DNA from: Patescibacteria group bacterium
Lineage (GTDB): Bacteria; Patescibacteriota; Minisyncoccia; Phycocordibacterales; SBAW01
Direction of reading: 5' to 3'
DNA length: 64,000 nt
NCBI GenBank assembly: GCA_016176685.1
Contig: JACOWS010000003.1
Span: forward strand, 10,871 to 74,870
A program made the position numbers and the translations under genes. The notes below the pieces were generated by a model. The model saw nothing but the letters and a program-made list of their open reading frames with translations, was not told the origin of the DNA and ran no database searches. This document shows, one piece after another, positions 27,644-35,672 of the stretch (the first letter of the stretch is position 1; the number at the start of each line of letters is the position of its first letter).

Positions 27644-27791
27644 CACGAAGCTTTCCTCGACCCTCATAGCTTTATGCGACCGCGTGCCGCCATAGCTGGC
27701 TTCAGCGGTGGAGCAAGTAAGTAGCGAAGTTGGGCCGCGCCCACAAAAAATATCCGCGGCAGGGTTAATGCCGCGGATCGTGGGAGATTTT

Positions 27792-28028
27792 TCAAATGAC
27801 AAGGACGGGCTCGCTTTGCTCCGTAATCCATGCGAGGGCCTGTTTTTCGTTTTCAAAAGCTCTTCCGGTGACCTGCTTTCCTTCCACAATGGCAAAGCCA
27901 TAGGCCATGTCCACCCAGATAGAGCCCTTGGCCTCCGTTACTTTTCCTTTCATAACAACAAAGTCATCATCTTTGCTGTGGCGAAAGGCGACCACGCATG
28001 GGTCACCTATTTTCAAATTCAATCTCAT
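27792..28028 (-). CDS. hypothetical 78 aa protein
   Basis: Charged, globular-looking small ORF. An overlapping plus-strand ORF (27708-28094) looks less protein-like. Confidence 0.3.
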   Translation of the reverse strand: MRLNLKIGDPCVVAFRHSKDDDFVVMKGKVTEAKGSIWVDMAYGFAIVEGKQVTGRAFENEKQALAWITEQSEPVLVI

Positions 28029-28108
28029 CCGTATTCCTCCTTTTATGAATCTGTTCGCATTAGTACTTCTGCTACTTCTAACTTAGTAGCGTAGCAAAAA
28101 GAAACCGT

Positions 28109-30346
28109 TTACTCAAAGTGCATTGTCTGCGTGCGCCTGTGCAATGCCTCGGCTAAGAGCGGGTGTCGTGCAAGTGGCTCGTCTTTTTGTATAAGTGCGA
28201 GCGCTTCAAAGCGCGCCGCCTCCACGAGTTTTAAGTTTTTAAGCGCCTCCATGCCCACGTCGGAAATGCCCCACTGCTCGCGCCCGGCCAAGGTGCCCGG
28301 CCCGCGCTGGAGCAGGTCCATTTCGGCCAATTCAAACCCGTTTTTGGCGGTGGTAAGGGCCTTCAGCCGCGCAAGTGTTTTTTCTCCGCGTGTTTCGGGG
28401 CACACAAAGCAGTATGCCTGGTGGTTTGAGCGCACCACGCGCCCGCGCAACTGGTGGAGCTGGGAGAGCCCAAATCGCTCCGCACCCTCTACCATAATCA
28501 TCGTGGCATTGGGGACATTAACGCCAACCTCCACTACCGAAGTCGCCACGAGTATGTCTATTTCGTGCGCCAAAAACTTTTTCATCACCGCATCTTTTTC
28601 TTTTGGCTTCATTTTGCTGTGGAGCACTTCTATTGAATACTCAAGGAATACTTCTTTTTTAAGCCGCTTGGCCTCTTCCTTTACCGACTTAGCCTGGAGC
28701 GCGAATGCTTTTTGCGGGTCCGGTTCGTCAATGCGCGGGCAGACGATGTATGCCTGCCGCCCAGTCGCGAGTTCCGCACGCATTTTTTCATACGCCTTGC
28801 CGCGCTCGCCCGGGGCTACCACTTCGGTGATTATAGTTTTGCGGCCCGGCGGCATCTCGTCGAGTAGGGTCAAGTCGAGGTCGCCATAGAGCGTTAGGGC
28901 GAGCGTACGGGGGATAGGCGTTGCGGTCATCGAAAGGAGATGGGGGAGGCGCGCGTCCTTGCGGGCAAGTGCGCGGCGCTGGTTGGTGCCGAAGCGATGT
29001 TGCTCGTCAATAATAACCAGTGCGAGGTGTTTAAACTGCACCGACTTTTGTATCAGCGCGTGTGTTCCGATGACTACCGATATCTCGCCGCCCGCCACCC
29101 ACTTCAAAAGTTGCGCGCGAGAAATGGTGGTGGCCTTGCCGCGTGCTGCTTTGGAGGGAAATTTGTAGCAGCCACTGCCGGTGATTAACCCAATATTGAT
29201 GGGGTGGTGCGTAAAATATTGTATAAAAGACTCAAAATGTTGTTTGGCCAAAATTTCTGTCGGTGCCATATAGGCAACCTGGAGCGTGCCGAACGTCTGC
29301 CCCGCGGGCCATGTGGCAACCGCCGCAAAGGCCGCAGTGGCCGCCACGGCGGTTTTGCCACTACCTACGTCGCCTTCGAGCAAGCGCGACATCGCGTGGC
29401 CGCTCCCCAAGTCCTCCAGCACCGCGTCTATAGCGCGTTTTTGCGCTATGGTGGCGGTAAAAGGGAAGGAATCTACAAAAGCCGCTATATCTTTTTTGGG
29501 CGGTTTTATAGCAAAAGATTGCCCACGCGCGGCGCGCATCTTTTCTCGCCCGCGCGCAAGCTGGATGTAAAACACCTCTTCAAACGCAAAGCGCTTGCGC
29601 GCGGCCTCGGCATCGAGGGCGGCGCGTGGCGCGTGGACCCACACTAGCGCAGTGACAAGAGTGGGTAAGTTATAGCGCTTGAGTATCTCTTGGGGAAGTG
29701 GGTCTTCCACACGCGCGAGCACGCCGCTCGTCAGTACTTTTTCTATCGCATGACGAAACCACAGTGAGGTAACCCCTCGGCTCTCTTGGTACTGTGCAAA
29801 CAGTTTGTTATCTCGCGCCGATCCAGAAGTGTCTTGATATATCAAGTCACTCTCCTCGACAGGTTTCTGTTTTAAAGACGATTCCTCGCGGCTTGCCAAA
29901 GAGGTGCCGCCTTGGGTCTTAAAGAGCCCGATATCAGATGCAGAGACGCGCTCAAGTTCCGGGTTGGCTAGATACATTTTAGTACCGGTGCCGGCAACCT
30001 TGCCGGTGGCTTTTACCAAAGTGCCCGTGAGATACATCTTGGCGATGTATGGTTGGTTAAACCACATGCATTTTATTTTGCCGGTAGAATCTTTAAGCGC
30101 TCCTTCCGAAACGGGGATCTTGCGCTTCCACGACCTTCTCGTCTCGAGCTTTTCGAGTGTACCCACTATACTCACCGAAGTGCCAGGTATCAGACCGGCA
30201 ATGCTCACCTCATTTCCGCCCTGCTCGTGGCGAAAGGGAAAGTGGTAGAGCAAGTCCTCTACGGTGGCTATACCAAGCCGCGCTAAAGCCGCGCGCTGTG
30301 GCTCGGCCAGTCGAAAGTGCATGGTAAGGATATCTTGCAATTTCAT
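28109..30346 (-). CDS. recG: ATP-dependent DNA helicase RecG
   Basis: Wedge-domain region (MWFNQPYIAKMYLTG), helicase motif I (GDVGSGKTAVAA), DEQHRFG (DEAH-type), motif VI (QLHQLRGRVVR). Confidence 0.85.
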   Translation of the reverse strand: MKLQDILTMHFRLAEPQRAALARLGIATVEDLLYHFPFRHEQGGNEVSIAGLIPGTSVSIVGTLEKLETRRSWKRKIPVSEGALKDSTGKIKCMWFNQPYIAKMYLTGTLVKATGKVAGTGTKMYLANPELERVSASDIGLFKTQGGTSLASREESSLKQKPVEESDLIYQDTSGSARDNKLFAQYQESRGVTSLWFRHAIEKVLTSGVLARVEDPLPQEILKRYNLPTLVTALVWVHAPRAALDAEAARKRFAFEEVFYIQLARGREKMRAARGQSFAIKPPKKDIAAFVDSFPFTATIAQKRAIDAVLEDLGSGHAMSRLLEGDVGSGKTAVAATAAFAAVATWPAGQTFGTLQVAYMAPTEILAKQHFESFIQYFTHHPINIGLITGSGCYKFPSKAARGKATTISRAQLLKWVAGGEISVVIGTHALIQKSVQFKHLALVIIDEQHRFGTNQRRALARKDARLPHLLSMTATPIPRTLALTLYGDLDLTLLDEMPPGRKTIITEVVAPGERGKAYEKMRAELATGRQAYIVCPRIDEPDPQKAFALQAKSVKEEAKRLKKEVFLEYSIEVLHSKMKPKEKDAVMKKFLAHEIDILVATSVVEVGVNVPNATMIMVEGAERFGLSQLHQLRGRVVRSNHQAYCFVCPETRGEKTLARLKALTTAKNGFELAEMDLLQRGPGTLAGREQWGISDVGMEALKNLKLVEAARFEALALIQKDEPLARHPLLAEALHRRTQTMHFE
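29828..29851. repeat. third copy (23/24) of the GTGACTTGATATATCAAGTCAC palindrome, embedded in the recG coding sequence (encodes ...ESDLIYQDTS...)
   Basis: AGTGTCTTGATATATCAAGTCACT differs from copies 1 and 2 at one position. Confidence 0.6.
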
Positions 30347-30367
30347 GTTGATAACAGTATACCACCT

Positions 30368-30388
30368 GCGTGAAGTTTAACTTCACGC
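30368..30388. repeat. REP-like palindrome GCGTGAAGTT-T-AACTTCACGC, 24 bp upstream of RAYT-1
   Basis: Perfect 10-bp arms, read directly. Confidence 0.6.
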
Positions 30389-30411
30389 TCCTGTAATGGT
30401 ACACTGATGGG

Positions 30412-31071
30412 ATGCGCACCACACCACTAGTAGAAGGAGAATATTACCATCTTTACAATCGAGGAGTAGATAAACGAACCGTCTTTACAGATCCGGGGGA
30501 ATACAAGCGTTTCCTTGCTTACTTATATATGCTCAATAGCCACAGAGATGATATACGACCGTCTGATTTTTTCCGTACTCATACGGTGCAAGACGCCTTT
30601 GGAATTAAACGTGGAAATTGTCTAGTGGCACTAGGCGCTTATTGTCTAATGCAAAACCATTTTCACTTATATGCAACGCCGCTGGTCGAAAATGGTATAT
30701 CAAAATTTATGCAACGACTGCAGACTGCATATACTAAATATTTCAATGAGAAACATAAACGCACCGGATCACTTTTCGGCTGCACATTCAAATCACAACA
30801 TATTTCGACTGACAGACAAGCTAAATATCTTTTCTCTTACATTCATCTTAATCCAGCGAAGCTGGTAGATCCTGTATGGAAGGAAAGGGGGCCTCGTGAC
30901 TGGAAGAAATTACTGATATTTATAGAAAAATACCCTTACTCGAGTTATACAGAATATTTGTCAAATCAATATAACATCATCGAACCATCTCATTTTCCTT
31001 CATACCTGAAAAATAGAAAAGAAAAAGCTAATCACATAACCGATTGGCTACAATATCAAGAGTCCGCGTGA
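30412..31071 (+). CDS. REP-associated tyrosine transposase (RAYT; IS200/IS605-like Y1 HuH transposase)
   Basis: YHLYNRG...TVF N-terminal motif, HuH motif (CLMQNHFHLY) and catalytic-Tyr motif YIHLNPAKL, as in RAYT/TnpA-REP proteins. Confidence 0.7.
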   Translation: MRTTPLVEGEYYHLYNRGVDKRTVFTDPGEYKRFLAYLYMLNSHRDDIRPSDFFRTHTVQDAFGIKRGNCLVALGAYCLMQNHFHLYATPLVENGISKFMQRLQTAYTKYFNEKHKRTGSLFGCTFKSQHISTDRQAKYLFSYIHLNPAKLVDPVWKERGPRDWKKLLIFIEKYPYSSYTEYLSNQYNIIEPSHFPSYLKNRKEKANHITDWLQYQESA

Positions 31072-31086
31072 AGCTAAACATCACGC
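31066..31086. repeat. REP-like palindrome GCGTGA-AGCTAAACA-TCACGC overlapping the RAYT-1 stop codon
   Basis: Shares GCGTGAAG...TCACGC arms with 30368-30388. Imperfect centre. Confidence 0.5.
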
Positions 31087-31100
31087 ACCGATGATAAAAT

Positions 31101-31117
31101 ATATTGTGTCACAATAT
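31101..31117. promoter_or_regulatory. palindrome ATATTGTG-T-CACAATAT, 16 bp upstream of the malic enzyme start codon
   Basis: Read directly. Candidate operator. Confidence 0.35.
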
Positions 31118-31132
31118 GCGTAACAAAAACTC

Positions 31133-32275
31133 ATGAATAAGAAAGACCTAGGCAAAAAAGCGCTCGCGCTACACAAAAAACTCGGCGGCAAGATTTTTAC
31201 CGGGCTGGCGATACCCATCAAAACTCGGGACGAACTTTCTCTGGTGTATACCCCGGGCGTGGGGGCTGTCTCAACTTACGTGGCCAAGCATCCTAAAGCG
31301 GCGCGCGATTACACCATAAAAGGCAAGATGGTTGCGGTTATCTCCGACGGCTCGGCGGTGCTGGGACTCGGCAACATAGGTCCTTTGGGAGCACTCCCGG
31401 TGATGGAGGGCAAGTGCGCGCTCTTTAAAACATTTGCCAATGTAGACGCATTCCCTTTGGTTCTTGATACCCAAAACGTCGACGAGATAGTAGAAACTAT
31501 TGTGCGCATCGCGCCGGCTTTTGGCGGCATAAACTTGGAAGATATTTCCGCGCCGCGCTGTTTTGATATTGAGGCGCGGCTAAAAGAGCGCCTCGACATA
31601 CCGGTAATGCACGATGACCAGCACGGCACCGCCATTGTGGTGGTGGCGGCTTTAATAAATGCCGCCAAGGTGGTAAAGAAGAAATTTGCGGAGCTGCGCG
31701 TTGTTATAGCCGGAGCGGGTGCCGCCGGCACGGCCGTGGCAAAGCTGCTACTGTGCGCCGGGATAAAGGACATTATTGTGCTAGACAGCAGAGGCCCCAT
31801 TGTGCGCGGCAGGGAGCGGCTTACTATATATAAAGAAGAGTTGGCCGATTTGACCAACCCTCGTGGCATTTCCGGCGACCTCAATGACGCAATGCGTGGA
31901 GCCGACGCGGTTATTGGGGTTTCGGGTCCCGGCATCATAAAAGCAGAGCAGGTACGGCGCATGGGGGAGAAGTCTATAGTCTTTGCACTCGCAAACCCGG
32001 TGCCGGAGATTATGCCGGATGAAGCCTTGCGTGCTGGGGCTAAGGTGGTAGCAACAGGCCGCAGCGATTACCAAAACCAGATAAACAACTCTTTGGTTTT
32101 CCCGGGGGTGTTTCGAGGGGTGCTGGATCACCGGGTTAAAAAAATAACCGACGAGATGAAGTTGGCCGCCGCAAAAAACCTTGCGGCATTGGTAAAGAAG
32201 CCGACCGCACAAAAAATAATCCCCGGGCCGTTTGAAAAGGGCGTGATGCAAGCCGTCGCGCGCTCTATAAAATAA
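31133..32275 (+). CDS. NAD(P)-dependent malic enzyme (malate dehydrogenase, oxaloacetate-decarboxylating; short form)
   Basis: VYTPGVG, GLGNIGPLGALPVMEGK, Rossmann VIAGAGAAG. 380 aa malic-enzyme domain protein. Confidence 0.8.
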   Translation: MNKKDLGKKALALHKKLGGKIFTGLAIPIKTRDELSLVYTPGVGAVSTYVAKHPKAARDYTIKGKMVAVISDGSAVLGLGNIGPLGALPVMEGKCALFKTFANVDAFPLVLDTQNVDEIVETIVRIAPAFGGINLEDISAPRCFDIEARLKERLDIPVMHDDQHGTAIVVVAALINAAKVVKKKFAELRVVIAGAGAAGTAVAKLLLCAGIKDIIVLDSRGPIVRGRERLTIYKEELADLTNPRGISGDLNDAMRGADAVIGVSGPGIIKAEQVRRMGEKSIVFALANPVPEIMPDEALRAGAKVVATGRSDYQNQINNSLVFPGVFRGVLDHRVKKITDEMKLAAAKNLAALVKKPTAQKIIPGPFEKGVMQAVARSIK

Positions 32276-32285
32276 AAAAATAAAA

Positions 32286-32311
32286 CCCCGCCGCGGTATT
32301 GCCGCGGCGGG
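32286..32311 (-). terminator. rho-independent terminator for the minus-strand gene 32322-32846 (CCCCGCCGCGG-TATT-GCCGCGGCGGG followed on the minus strand by TTTTATTTTTT)
   Basis: Read directly. A-run on the plus strand before the hairpin. Confidence 0.55.
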
Positions 32312-32321
32312 ACGAAAGTTG

Positions 32322-32846
32322 CTACTGGCTTTCACACCAATGTAGAAGCGCTCTAAACTGCTCCTCAAGTTTTTTCACTCGGCACTCATTGAGTCCGAGC
32401 TTGGAGTGTGTGTGGGTTGCGTACACGCTCCCAAACTCAAGCCACATCGAGACCTCGCGGGCGCACTTGAGCGCCTCGGTAGGCCACGGCGCACTGTCTT
32501 GCCCCTTCCGGCGCTCGCGTGCGAGCGCGTGCCCGATAATGGCGGCGCCGGTGATAAAAAGGTTGACCGAAGGTTTAGGCTCCTGTAGCCGTGCGACCAA
32601 CACGCGCGCCCTCCGGTAGGGTTTGGGAGCCTTAAGCGCCTTACAGTTGGCGATAATGCACCTTTTTGCAACCGCATTGCGTCCAGCAAAATGTGTGATA
32701 AGTGCGCCACAGGCCAGCCGGTCTGCGGGGCTTTCTTCGGAAAGCAGATTCTGCTTTTTCCTAGGGCGGAGCTTCCTTAGCAGTCCTACAATGAGGGTCC
32801 TGCAAGAACGCGGCGGCTCAGGAGAAAAAGGTTCGGTTTCAAACAT
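32322..32846 (-). CDS. hypothetical protein
   Basis: 174 aa ORF followed by a terminator. No family assigned. Confidence 0.35.
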   Translation of the reverse strand: MFETEPFSPEPPRSCRTLIVGLLRKLRPRKKQNLLSEESPADRLACGALITHFAGRNAVAKRCIIANCKALKAPKPYRRARVLVARLQEPKPSVNLFITGAAIIGHALARERRKGQDSAPWPTEALKCAREVSMWLEFGSVYATHTHSKLGLNECRVKKLEEQFRALLHWCESQ

Positions 32847-33012
32847 TCTCTCGGTTTCCTTTTTCTGTTTGTACTACACCAACCGCGGGCGCGGTTAGTT
32901 CTGAAACAACAATAATCCATATACTATATTTGTCAATAGAGTGTTATACACAGCTATAAAAGGGTAAAATGGGCTTCCGGATGAAAGGAACCATCTTTAT
33001 ATCCGTCTTATT

Positions 33013-33546
33013 ATGGCAGATGCACACCAAGCGTTTGAAAAAGCTTTTGAGGAGTACTCCGACGAGCTCTTTCGACATGCGAGCATACGGCTTTCCGACC
33101 GCGAGCGGGCACTGGAACTCACCCAGGAGTGTTTTACCCGCACATGGGAGTATATGGCGCGTGGCGGGCAGGTACTCAACTTCCGCCCGTTTTTATATCG
33201 GACGCTCAAGCACCTTATTATCGATGAGTACCGTAAACATAAAACACACTCGCTTGAAGCTATGGTAGAGGAGAGCGATGGAGGGAGTGTCGAAATGTTT
33301 TTGCCCGCAGACGAGACAAACACTCTTGCCGCGGCGGTAGAGCGCTTTGAAGGCACCGAAGCGTTGCAAAAACTGCGGGAGCTCCCCGACCTCTACCGCG
33401 AAGTGCTGCTTATGCGCTATGTAGAAGGGCTGGTACCAAAAGAAATAGCCGAATATTTGGAAGAAAGTGAAAATACCGTGTCGGTACGCATCCATCGCGG
33501 GCTCCACAAACTACGCGCGCTACTCGAAGAGACAGACATGCAATAA
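33013..33546 (+). CDS. ECF-family RNA polymerase sigma factor
   Basis: Region 2 (LTQECFTRTWEYM) and region 4 HTH (LPDLYREVLLMRYVEGLVPKEIAEYLEESENTVSVRIHRGLHKLR). Confidence 0.8.
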   Translation: MADAHQAFEKAFEEYSDELFRHASIRLSDRERALELTQECFTRTWEYMARGGQVLNFRPFLYRTLKHLIIDEYRKHKTHSLEAMVEESDGGSVEMFLPADETNTLAAAVERFEGTEALQKLRELPDLYREVLLMRYVEGLVPKEIAEYLEESENTVSVRIHRGLHKLRALLEETDMQ

Positions 33547-33548
33547 TT

Positions 33549-34553
33549 ATGAACCACCAACTCCGTAACCTACGCAAAGAAGCATATCAAATTCGCCTCT
33601 CGCAAGCGGAGCGTTCCCGCATGCGCCAGCATATTTTTGGTGAAGCTTTCGCAGTGGCTAACCCCTACCTGGTTTCATATAATTGGTTTTCTCTGCGCCT
33701 CGCGTTACCTATGGCGGCGGTACTGGTGGTAGTACTCGGCACCGGCACAGTGTACGCGGCCGGTGGTGCGCTGCCAGGCGACACTCTATATACTGTAAAA
33801 GTTGACATAGCCGAGCCTCTGCGCGGTACGTTCGCATTTTCCCGAACCGCACAGGCCGAGTTCCATGCCAGTGTCGCCAAAACACGCATGGAAGAGGCCG
33901 AAAAACTTGCCTCGCAGGGTCGTTTGACCGCTTCGACTACCGTATCGCTTGAAGAAAATTTGAATGAGCATGTCGCGGCGGCGCAAGCGATAACCAAAAC
34001 ACTGGCCGAGGATGATCCAGACACTGCAACAGAAGTAACAACCGCACTCGACTCGTCGCTCTCGGCCCACGGTGCCATACTGGCGTGGCTGGGCAAGGAC
34101 AGTGCAGACAGCGACACACGGGAACACTCGGCGCGTATGGCTTTAGCTATTGGCGAGTCACGCGCGCAGTACAAAAAGAGTTCTAGTATGTTGGATGCTC
34201 CTCAAACACTTTCGGTTGCTGAAACTTCTGCGGATGATAGCATAGATCGCGCCGCCTCTAAATCGCAGAAAAAATCAGAAAGTCAGCTTGCCGATGTGCA
34301 AAAACAGTTTAAAGAATCCAAGACTTCGTTTGGCACCTCAACCGCAGAGCGCGTGGAAGGTCGTTTTAAGGAAATACGGCAACAGATAGATGCGGGTGAT
34401 ACTGTTGGGGCTCTGCGCGCCGGTGTCGAGCTGTCTGAATTTATTGAGGCGGGAGATAAATTTGACGGTAATATACTCGAGCACCTGATCCGAGAAAAAG
34501 TCAACAAACAAGACAAGGAAGGCGACAAAAGCAACGATGGAAGCGACGATTGA
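33549..34553 (+). CDS. putative membrane-anchored anti-sigma factor / DUF5667-like protein
   Basis: Starts 3 nt after the sigma gene. Single TM (LALPMAAVLVVVLGTGTVYAA). Acidic low-complexity extracytoplasmic domain. Confidence 0.45.
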   Translation: MNHQLRNLRKEAYQIRLSQAERSRMRQHIFGEAFAVANPYLVSYNWFSLRLALPMAAVLVVVLGTGTVYAAGGALPGDTLYTVKVDIAEPLRGTFAFSRTAQAEFHASVAKTRMEEAEKLASQGRLTASTTVSLEENLNEHVAAAQAITKTLAEDDPDTATEVTTALDSSLSAHGAILAWLGKDSADSDTREHSARMALAIGESRAQYKKSSSMLDAPQTLSVAETSADDSIDRAASKSQKKSESQLADVQKQFKESKTSFGTSTAERVEGRFKEIRQQIDAGDTVGALRAGVELSEFIEAGDKFDGNILEHLIREKVNKQDKEGDKSNDGSDD

Positions 34554-35481
34554 ATTCTTGACACGTACATTCTTGCTACTCGGCAGTCTCTTTAGCTTTG
34601 TGTATGGCCCCCCTGTGCAAAAGCCGGTGGCGCATGCAACAGTACCACAGGTGCAATTTGCGCTGTCAGAAGTGAAAATACTCGCGGTAGGCGATATGTT
34701 ATTTGACCGCTCTTTGCGCCGCATTGCCGAAACAGACGGCGGCTATCTGTTTGCCTGTTCCGAGGCGTTGTTTGCTCAGGCCGACTTTGCGGTGGGGAAT
34801 TTGGAAGGGCCTATAACCTCGACCAGCTCGCAGAGCCAAGGGAGCACGGTGGGGAGCCCGGAAAATTATATTTTTACCTTTCCCACAAACACAGCTAACC
34901 TCTTGGCTGCGCACCGCTTTGGCGCGGTTAATCTCGGCAACAACCACATCGGCAACTTTGGGCGCGAGGGCATTGCCTCGACGCGCGAGTACCTCGCCGC
35001 TTCTGGCGTCGGGTACTTTGGCGGCGTGGGCGGAGAAGAGCCCGTGGCGCGCACCGACTACAATGGTATAAAACTTTCTTTTGTAAGCCACAACGAGTTT
35101 GGTGGAACACCGCCCGAAGATGTCGCGCAAAAAATAAGTTCAGAGAAGGCAGCAGGCAGGGTAGTGGTGGTGTATGCGCACTGGGGGGACGAGTATTCGA
35201 CCTCGACTACGCGCTTGCGGCCGGTGGCAGAACTTTTTGCCAATGCGGGTGCGAGTGTCGTTATCGGTTCGCACCCGCATGTGGTTTTGGGCCACGAGTA
35301 CCTAGGGCAGACGCTCGTGTACTATTCACTCGGCAATTTTATTTTCGACCAATATTGGAATGCGGATGTCTCTCACGGGCTTGCCCTTTTACTGCGTCTA
35401 TTTTCCGACGGCACCGTAGTGGCACAGGAATATCCGGTGGCCCTAACCCCAGACGGCCGCACCTGTCCGATTAAAACTTAA
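34537..35481 (+). CDS. CapA-family (poly-gamma-glutamate synthesis-associated) metallophosphoesterase-like protein
   Basis: KILAVGDMLFDR..., NLEGPIT, NLGNNHIGNFG, VVVYAHWGDEY, VIGSHPHVV resemble PGA_cap/CapA. Confidence 0.65.
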   Translation: MEATIEFLTRTFLLLGSLFSFVYGPPVQKPVAHATVPQVQFALSEVKILAVGDMLFDRSLRRIAETDGGYLFACSEALFAQADFAVGNLEGPITSTSSQSQGSTVGSPENYIFTFPTNTANLLAAHRFGAVNLGNNHIGNFGREGIASTREYLAASGVGYFGGVGGEEPVARTDYNGIKLSFVSHNEFGGTPPEDVAQKISSEKAAGRVVVVYAHWGDEYSTSTTRLRPVAELFANAGASVVIGSHPHVVLGHEYLGQTLVYYSLGNFIFDQYWNADVSHGLALLLRLFSDGTVVAQEYPVALTPDGRTCPIKT

Positions 35482-35541
35482 ACTACGGCCAGAGGCGGGA
35501 GATGCGGCTACGTCTTATTTGGTGTAAGGTATTTGGGTAAC

Positions 35542-35628
35542 GGAGAGGTGCCAGAGCGGTCGAATGGAGCAACCTGCTAAGTTGTTGACCGGGAAACCGG
35601 TCCGAGGGTTCGAATCCCTCCCTCTCCG
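35542..35628 (+). tRNA. tRNA-Ser (anticodon GCU), class II with long variable arm
   Basis: GGAGAGG acceptor pairing with CCTCTCC. Anticodon stem GCAAC/GTTGT, loop CTGCTAA. Variable arm GACCGGGAAACCGGTC. T-arm GAGGG-TTCGAAT-CCCTC. Confidence 0.8.
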
Positions 35629-35672
35629 CATTGACAAATAAGTATCAATGTGTTCTTTTTGCTCGCAAAGAG

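Noticed and set aside
28057-28085. Complex palindrome TGCTACTTCTAACTTAGTAGCGTAGCA downstream of recG as a terminator
   Set aside because: Not followed by a T-run on the transcribed (minus) strand. Function unclear.
27708-28094. 128-aa plus-strand ORF
   Set aside because: Overlaps the more protein-like minus-strand 78-aa ORF. Aromatic/Ser-rich, low-complexity translation. Neither is strongly supported.
28131-28889. 252-aa plus-strand ORF
   Set aside because: Antisense to recG. Ser/Arg-rich off-frame translation.
31309-32368. Minus-strand ORFs of 217 and 195 aa
   Set aside because: Antisense to the malic enzyme gene.
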